The notes beneath the pieces are model-generated. The model ran no database searches. It had not been told where the DNA came from and worked only from the letters and a program-made list of their open reading frames with translations. 20,761 nucleotides of DNA from Deltaproteobacteria bacterium TL4 (GTDB taxonomy: Bacteria; SAR324; NAC60-12), in contig JBBCAX010000097.1 in the NCBI GenBank assembly GCA_051382335.1, forward strand, positions 1 through 20,761, written 5' to 3'. The first letter of the stretch is position 1. The number at the start of each line of letters is the position of its first letter. The translations under genes and the position numbers were made by a program. Below are positions 15,685-20,761 of the stretch, piece after piece.

Positions 15685-18600
15685 AAAAACTGTTTTTTAC
15701 CTTAGTCCTGTTGAATCTCGCTGTTGTTTTGGGTGCGGCTGTGTTGATTTACCTCATTTTTGTCGCTCCAGCGGCGCACTTGAATAAGGAACATATCCAG
15801 CAGTCTTTATTAACAGAAACCACGGTTTATTATCGCGATGGAACGGAAAAAATAGGGACTTTTTATGAAAAGGCACATCGCAATTATTTAACCCTCACCA
15901 AACCAACCAATATTAATTCCGCTTCGAATACAGTCATTCCGCCTTTGTTTCTCAAAGCGATCGTTGCCAGTGAAGACAAGGATTTTTACAAGCATATCGG
16001 TATTTCATTTTCCGGAATTTTACGAGCGATTGTCGCAAACATCGCGGCAGGTCGTGTCGTCCAGGGAGCCAGTACCTTGACTCAACAAACCGCTGAATTA
16101 TTGTTTGAACACAAAGCCAAAAACAGATGGCAGCGCTGGAGTGAAAAATTTTGGGAAACCATTGATGCGTTCCGCCTGGAAGTCCAGTATTCTAAAAAAC
16201 AAATCTTGGAATTTTATACCAATCTCTTTCATGTGCATAGTACAGGACAAGGCTTGGCGATTGCGGCCCGTTATTACTTTGATAAAGAAATTTCCGAGCT
16301 CAATTTAGCGGAAATCAGCTTTATCGCGGGATCCGTCAAAGGCCCTGCCAATTACAATCCTTTCCGAAAAACCAATCCGGAAAGCATAGAAAAAATCATC
16401 AAACGGGCGACCTTACGCAGGAACTATGTTTTGGAAAACATGCTGGAACTCGGGTTCATCACGCGAAAGGAATACGAACAGGCGTCCAAAGATCCTGTGC
16501 GTTTTCGTGAAGGTTCTTTTCGCTTTCAACAAAATCACAATGTGGAAACCGTCAAAGCAAAACTGCGCGAGGAACCCTTTGTTTCAATTTTGAAAGCCCA
16601 CGGAATCAACGACTTGTCCCGTGCGGAATTGAATATTTACACCACCCTGGATGTTCGTATTCAAAGATATTCCTCCTTTATTATGAAACGGCATCTTTCC
16701 ACACTTGAATTCAAATTGACCCCTTATGCGCCACCGAAGCTCCCGTTAATCTCAGAAAAAGCACGTTTGGAATCAGGGCAGTTTTATGTAGGGAAAGTCA
16801 CTCATCTCGATCAGAAAAAAGCGTCAGTGCTGGTCGGAGTGGGGCCAGATTTGGCCTTGATTGAGGGGCCGCATCTCACTGAATTTGCGCAAAAGGTTCT
16901 GCATCTATCTCCAACGCAAACAATCACGCCAAGACTCCTGAAAAAGGCCTTAAGCGTTTTGAAAACAGGCGACCCTATTTTAATTTCAGTCACGAAACAG
17001 AATGCCGAGGGGCAATGGCAGGCAAGTATTGAACGGGCGCCCCAACTGAATGGAGGGGCTCTTATTTTACAAGAGGGAGAGCTTCGAGCCATGGTTGGCG
17101 GATTTGAGGATTATGGTTTCAATCGCGCATTACACGCCAAACGGCAACCAGGGTCAACCTTCAAACTCCTGGTTTATTTAGCGGCGTTGGAATTAGGTTG
17201 GACTCCGTTTGAGCCTTTATCCAATGAATTCCGAGTCTTTCAATGGCAACGTCAGATTTATTTTCCCAGACCTGATCATACACCGACCTCCAAGGTTAGC
17301 AGTATGCTATGGGCAGGGGCAAAATCGGAAAACCTGGCTTCAATCTATTTACTGGTAAATTTACTCAAACATCTTGCTCCTGCTCAGTTTCAGTCCCTCA
17401 TGGAATGGACTCACCTTGCGCAACAACCGAATGAGTCAGAGACTTTGTACCTCAAAAGGTTGAGAGATCAACTGGGGATTATTGACACAACACGGTATTT
17501 GAAAGCGTACATTTTCGAAGTATCACGACAACAGTTGCTCCATGACTTAACGTTGATTCCTACCGCTGAGGAAGTGACCGCCATCCAGGAATTATATTAC
17601 GGTGAATCCTGGAAAAAAGAGTATGAGCTCAGGAAAAATGATTCCACTCCAAGAGCCATGCTGGAGAAAAAATTACTGTTGCATAATTATCTGCGTTTTC
17701 AACAAAGCCTTCATTATCTCAAGTCCTCGGCAAGTCCACTTTCGAGTCTAAAACAGCAGTCTCAAACAGAGACACTTCCCTCTCAGCTTGAAGCGAAACT
17801 GTCGGGTTTCTATGTTCAACCTCAAATGGCCAACATCGCTCGCGTTCCCCCTTTAGCTTATTCAACATCTCCGGAACCCCTAAGCTTCCCTTGGGTTCCT
17901 CTGACCATGGACAAATTACGTTTATATCAGCGTTTTTGGGATCCCCAGAATTTCCAGGATTTTTTTGTTTTGGAAAATGTGTGGATTGATGGAAAAATCA
18001 GAACGGGAGTGTTGCAAATTCTCGAGGATTTGATGCTTCAGCGTCTTGAAGAAGTCCTCAAACAAAAAAAATATACGCCGGAACGCCTTTACTGGCATCA
18101 GGATTTCCGAATCATGTTGGGCTTACAAACCTTAATAAAAATCGCCCAACGCCTGGGAGTCCAAAGTCCCTTAAAACCCGTACTTTCTTTTCCACTGGGA
18201 TCCAATGAAGTCACGCTTTCCGATTTAGCGCTCATGTTTCAAACCTATACCTCGGGTGAGATTCTGCTTCATAAAGGCGTTGCGACGACCAATACCTGGA
18301 AAATGATTCAACGCATCGAGGACAAACAAGGGAATATCCTGTACGAAGGAAAGTTCGTAAGAAAACCGGTTTTTTCGAAAAACAGCATTGAATCCGTTCA
18401 AGAAATATTAAGATCTGTGGTCGAATACGGAACAGGCAGTACCTCAAAAAAATATATGAGGTTAAAAATAGAAAAACCCAACGGCACCCAATGGGTCCGT
18501 ATTCCTGCTTATGGAAAAACAGGCACGGCTAATAATTATAGCAACTCGACTTATGTCGGGTTTGTTCCCGCCATTGAAGGACAAACCGTTTCTCCTTTTG

Positions 18601-18989
18601 GCGGATTTACCATCGCGGCGTATGTGGGCTATGATCAACAATCGTCAACCAAATCCCAAGCCACCACGGTTAAGTTTTCAGGGGCGACCGGTGCCTTGCC
18701 GATATGGTCTCGGATTGCGCAAAAACTGATTCATCTGCCAGAATTCAACACACAACTGGAGCATCTGGAGCTCCCTATGTCTGAAAAAGTTTATGTCATT
18801 CCTGTGCTTCAAGCAAAACGCTATCAGCAACAAGTCTCCTTGCTCAACGGGTTGATTCTCCCTGAAGCTGAAACAACACCCACGCCCTCAGCCTCGATTT
18901 TCCTCCCCCTTCCCAATCCGGAATTACCCCGTATCGTCCATCTCTTTGAACAACTCGGGGTTGTAAGCCGGAACCCTCGGAATTTTTGA
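15681..18989 (+). CDS. mrcA: Class A penicillin-binding protein (PBP1A-type transglycosylase/transpeptidase) with large insertion
   Basis: N-terminal TM. GT51 motifs EDKDFYKHIG, GASTLTQQ, RRNYVL. OB-like insert. Transpeptidase motifs STFK (S492), SEN (S549), KTG. GTG start overlaps the upstream TGA. Confidence 0.9.
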   Translation: MKKLFFTLVLLNLAVVLGAAVLIYLIFVAPAAHLNKEHIQQSLLTETTVYYRDGTEKIGTFYEKAHRNYLTLTKPTNINSASNTVIPPLFLKAIVASEDKDFYKHIGISFSGILRAIVANIAAGRVVQGASTLTQQTAELLFEHKAKNRWQRWSEKFWETIDAFRLEVQYSKKQILEFYTNLFHVHSTGQGLAIAARYYFDKEISELNLAEISFIAGSVKGPANYNPFRKTNPESIEKIIKRATLRRNYVLENMLELGFITRKEYEQASKDPVRFREGSFRFQQNHNVETVKAKLREEPFVSILKAHGINDLSRAELNIYTTLDVRIQRYSSFIMKRHLSTLEFKLTPYAPPKLPLISEKARLESGQFYVGKVTHLDQKKASVLVGVGPDLALIEGPHLTEFAQKVLHLSPTQTITPRLLKKALSVLKTGDPILISVTKQNAEGQWQASIERAPQLNGGALILQEGELRAMVGGFEDYGFNRALHAKRQPGSTFKLLVYLAALELGWTPFEPLSNEFRVFQWQRQIYFPRPDHTPTSKVSSMLWAGAKSENLASIYLLVNLLKHLAPAQFQSLMEWTHLAQQPNESETLYLKRLRDQLGIIDTTRYLKAYIFEVSRQQLLHDLTLIPTAEEVTAIQELYYGESWKKEYELRKNDSTPRAMLEKKLLLHNYLRFQQSLHYLKSSASPLSSLKQQSQTETLPSQLEAKLSGFYVQPQMANIARVPPLAYSTSPEPLSFPWVPLTMDKLRLYQRFWDPQNFQDFFVLENVWIDGKIRTGVLQILEDLMLQRLEEVLKQKKYTPERLYWHQDFRIMLGLQTLIKIAQRLGVQSPLKPVLSFPLGSNEVTLSDLALMFQTYTSGEILLHKGVATTNTWKMIQRIEDKQGNILYEGKFVRKPVFSKNSIESVQEILRSVVEYGTGSTSKKYMRLKIEKPNGTQWVRIPAYGKTGTANNYSNSTYVGFVPAIEGQTVSPFGGFTIAAYVGYDQQSSTKSQATTVKFSGATGALPIWSRIAQKLIHLPEFNTQLEHLELPMSEKVYVIPVLQAKRYQQQVSLLNGLILPEAETTPTPSASIFLPLPNPELPRIVHLFEQLGVVSRNPRNF

Positions 18990-19001
18990 AATCCATATAA
19001 T

Positions 19002-19664
19002 TCAATGGGTTATTCCAAGCTCAATCGGAAAGCCAGTCTGTTTCCATTCTGGAAACCCATTTTCAAGACGTTGCGCATGATACCCCTTGGTATTCAGTAT
19101 GGAGACGGCTTCAACCGCTAGCATACAATAAGGTCCTCGGCAGTAAGCCACAATTTCCTGGCTACAATCTAATTCCACGAGTCGTCTTTCCAGCTCCTGC
19201 AAGGGGATATTGATCGCTCCAGCGATGTGCCCCGCCTCAAACTCTTCTTTCGGTCGCATGTCAATCACGGTAACAAGTCCATTCTTGATGCGTAGGAGTA
19301 AATCTTCAGCCGATACCGGTTCTAAAGTATCCCGTGCGGTAATATAAGTTCTTACCAATTTTTCAACCTCCGCCAGACTGCTTTCAGCAATCCTTCGCAG
19401 GATTCCAAATAATCCCACTACAGACTCATCCGCCAGTTGATAATATACAAATTGGCTTTCCTTCTGAGTGCTTACCAACCCCACCCGCTGTAATTGCCTT
19501 AGATGCTGGGACGTGTTTGCTATACTCAACCCAGACGCCTTAGCAAGAGCGTCCACGCTACGCCGCCCCTGTGCAAGCAATTCAAGTAACTCCAGCCGGT
19601 TTCCATGACTAAGCGCCTTGGTCAGGCGAGCTAGTTGTTCAAAGAGTTCTTTTTTTAAATTCAT
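19002..19664 (-). CDS. ArsR/SmtB-family regulator fused to a rhodanese domain
   Basis: KALSHGNRLELLELL...ANTSQHLRQL...VYYQL winged HTH; IDMRP.EEF.AGHI.GA and YCRGPYC rhodanese loop. Confidence 0.94.
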   Translation of the reverse strand: MNLKKELFEQLARLTKALSHGNRLELLELLAQGRRSVDALAKASGLSIANTSQHLRQLQRVGLVSTQKESQFVYYQLADESVVGLFGILRRIAESSLAEVEKLVRTYITARDTLEPVSAEDLLLRIKNGLVTVIDMRPKEEFEAGHIAGAINIPLQELERRLVELDCSQEIVAYCRGPYCMLAVEAVSILNTKGYHAQRLENGFPEWKQTGFPIELGITH

Positions 19665-19665
19665 A

Positions 19666-19694
19666 TTGACATCCCTTTTTCGTCGTTCTAGTAT
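19666..19694 (+). promoter_or_regulatory. Sigma70-type promoter for the SQR-like gene
   Basis: TTGACA (19666-19671), 17-bp spacer, TAGTAT (19689-19694). Confidence 0.65.
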
Positions 19695-19722
19695 TCAGTT
19701 ACTTACTTGAATAAGTGAGTAA
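19692..19722. promoter_or_regulatory. Putative ArsR-type operator palindrome(s)
   Basis: TATTCA-N10-TGAATA (19692-19713) overlaps the -10 box and start site. A second IR, TTACTTACTT-GAAT-AAGTGAGTAA (19699-19722, 9/10), overlaps it. Confidence 0.6.
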
Positions 19723-19839
19723 TTTATATTTACCACGTTCCAACCTTCCCCTCAAGCGCCAATTTGCCTTTAAAAAGTCTTTTTCTAGGGGAGGTTTGCT
19801 CGTCATTTTAGGAAATCAAACCCATCAGGAGAAAAATTT

Positions 19840-20679
19840 ATGAAGGCTAAAACGATTGTTGTGCTGGGGGGTGGGGTAGGTGGACTTATGGCGGTCAACA
19901 CACTGCGTTCCAAATTGTCAACCGAACATAAGGTCGTGTTGGTTGAGAGGGATACCCAACATGCTTTTGCCCCTTCTTTTTTATGGTTGATGACAGGAGC
20001 ACGAAGAGTGGAGGAGATTACGACTCAGGTAAATCACTTGGTGCAACCTGGCATTGAGGTACTGCATGCTGAGGTCCTTGGCATTGATCCAGTCAATCGA
20101 CTCATTACCACGACCGTGCGTTCCTTGAATTACGACTATCTGATTGTAGCACTGGGCGCGGAACTTGCGCCAGAAACGATTCAGGGATTCACAAAAGACA
20201 CACCGTCCTTTTATACCCTCAAGGATACGGAACAACTCCAAAAGACTCTTCATAACTTTCAGGGAGGAACCCTCTCCCTGGTAGTGAGCGCCTTGCCTTA
20301 CAAATGTCCGGGCGCTCCTCATGAAGCAGCCATGCTTCTTAGAAATTTTTTCCAGAAACGCTCCCTCTCAAATCCGGTTGATATTCACTTGTATACACCT
20401 GAAACGCAACCGATGCCCGTTGGGGGACCAGAACTGGGTAAGGCAGTCCAAGACATGCTGATGACCCGACAGATTACTTTCCATCCTCAACACAAACTGG
20501 TTTCAATAGATGCTCAAAGACGTGAACTGAACTTTGAAGGAAAGGAACCTAGTCGATATGATTTGGTGTTGATGATTCCGCCTCATCGTTGTCCGAAAGT
20601 GGTGTGTGAAGCTGGACTAGCCAAGGAGGGAGGCCACGGCTTTCTCATAAAAAACCAACTTGACAAAGTATATTCATAA
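19840..20679 (+). pseudogene. Sulfide:quinone oxidoreductase / FCSD-like flavoprotein, 3'-interrupted after codon 265
   Basis: VVLGGGVGG FAD motif, YDYLIVALG, YKCPGAPHE. Family-like sequence stops at GLAKEGG (20634). The expected GD FAD motif and C-terminal domain are missing; the last 14 codons read into foreign DNA. AGGAG RBS. Confidence 0.8.
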
Positions 20680-20761
20680 AAAAGGGTTCGGAGTCCCTGC
20701 AATTATCAAGATTCTCTTTCATATTTTTCCCACCAAACTTTTTAAAAACACCAAGAACACA
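20635..20761 (-). mobile_element. End of an insertion sequence, probably ISAs1 family (partial, runs off window)
   Basis: Starts CACGGCTTTCTCAT, similar to ISAs1-type CAGGGC...CAT ends as I recall them. Minus-strand frame is open from the window edge to TGA at 20647-20645 (CVLGVFKKFGGKNMKENLDNCRDSEPFFMNILCQVGFL*), stopping inside the putative TIR. Confidence 0.6.

Noticed and set aside
10111..20322. Remaining overlapping short ORFs inside the helicase, ftsY, pepA, phosphoesterase, PBP and SQR-like genes
   Set aside because: Antisense or out-of-frame shadows of confidently assigned genes, with no motifs.

Overview
Bacterial chromosomal window, moderately AT-rich. Gene content suggests a deltaproteobacterial/SAR324-like organism (inference only). 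Left part: ogt, a STAS-like protein paired with an RsbW-type GHKL protein (putative partner switch), an XRE-HTH protein, and a translationally coupled minus-strand pair. That pair encodes a receiver protein with a CheZ-like C-terminus and a soluble double histidine kinase (cNMP-HisKA-HATPase-cNMP-PAS-HisKA-HATPase). Middle (7.6-9.2 kb): a cluster of four miniature inverted-repeat elements, each an outer TIR pair wrapped around an inner REP-type or periodic palindrome; two related copies bracket a YhcH/DUF386 gene. Right part: UvrD-family helicase, ftsY, a small hypothetical gene, pepA, a metallophosphoesterase, a class A PBP with a ~250-aa insertion, and a divergent ArsR-rhodanese / SQR-like pair. 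The SQR-like gene appears cut by an IS (probably ISAs1 family) that runs off the window end. No rRNA, tRNA or CRISPR array was seen. Best candidates for undescribed biology: the REC-CheZ plus tandem cNMP kinase operon and the nested TIR+REP elements. All calls come from reading motifs by eye; no database searches were run.
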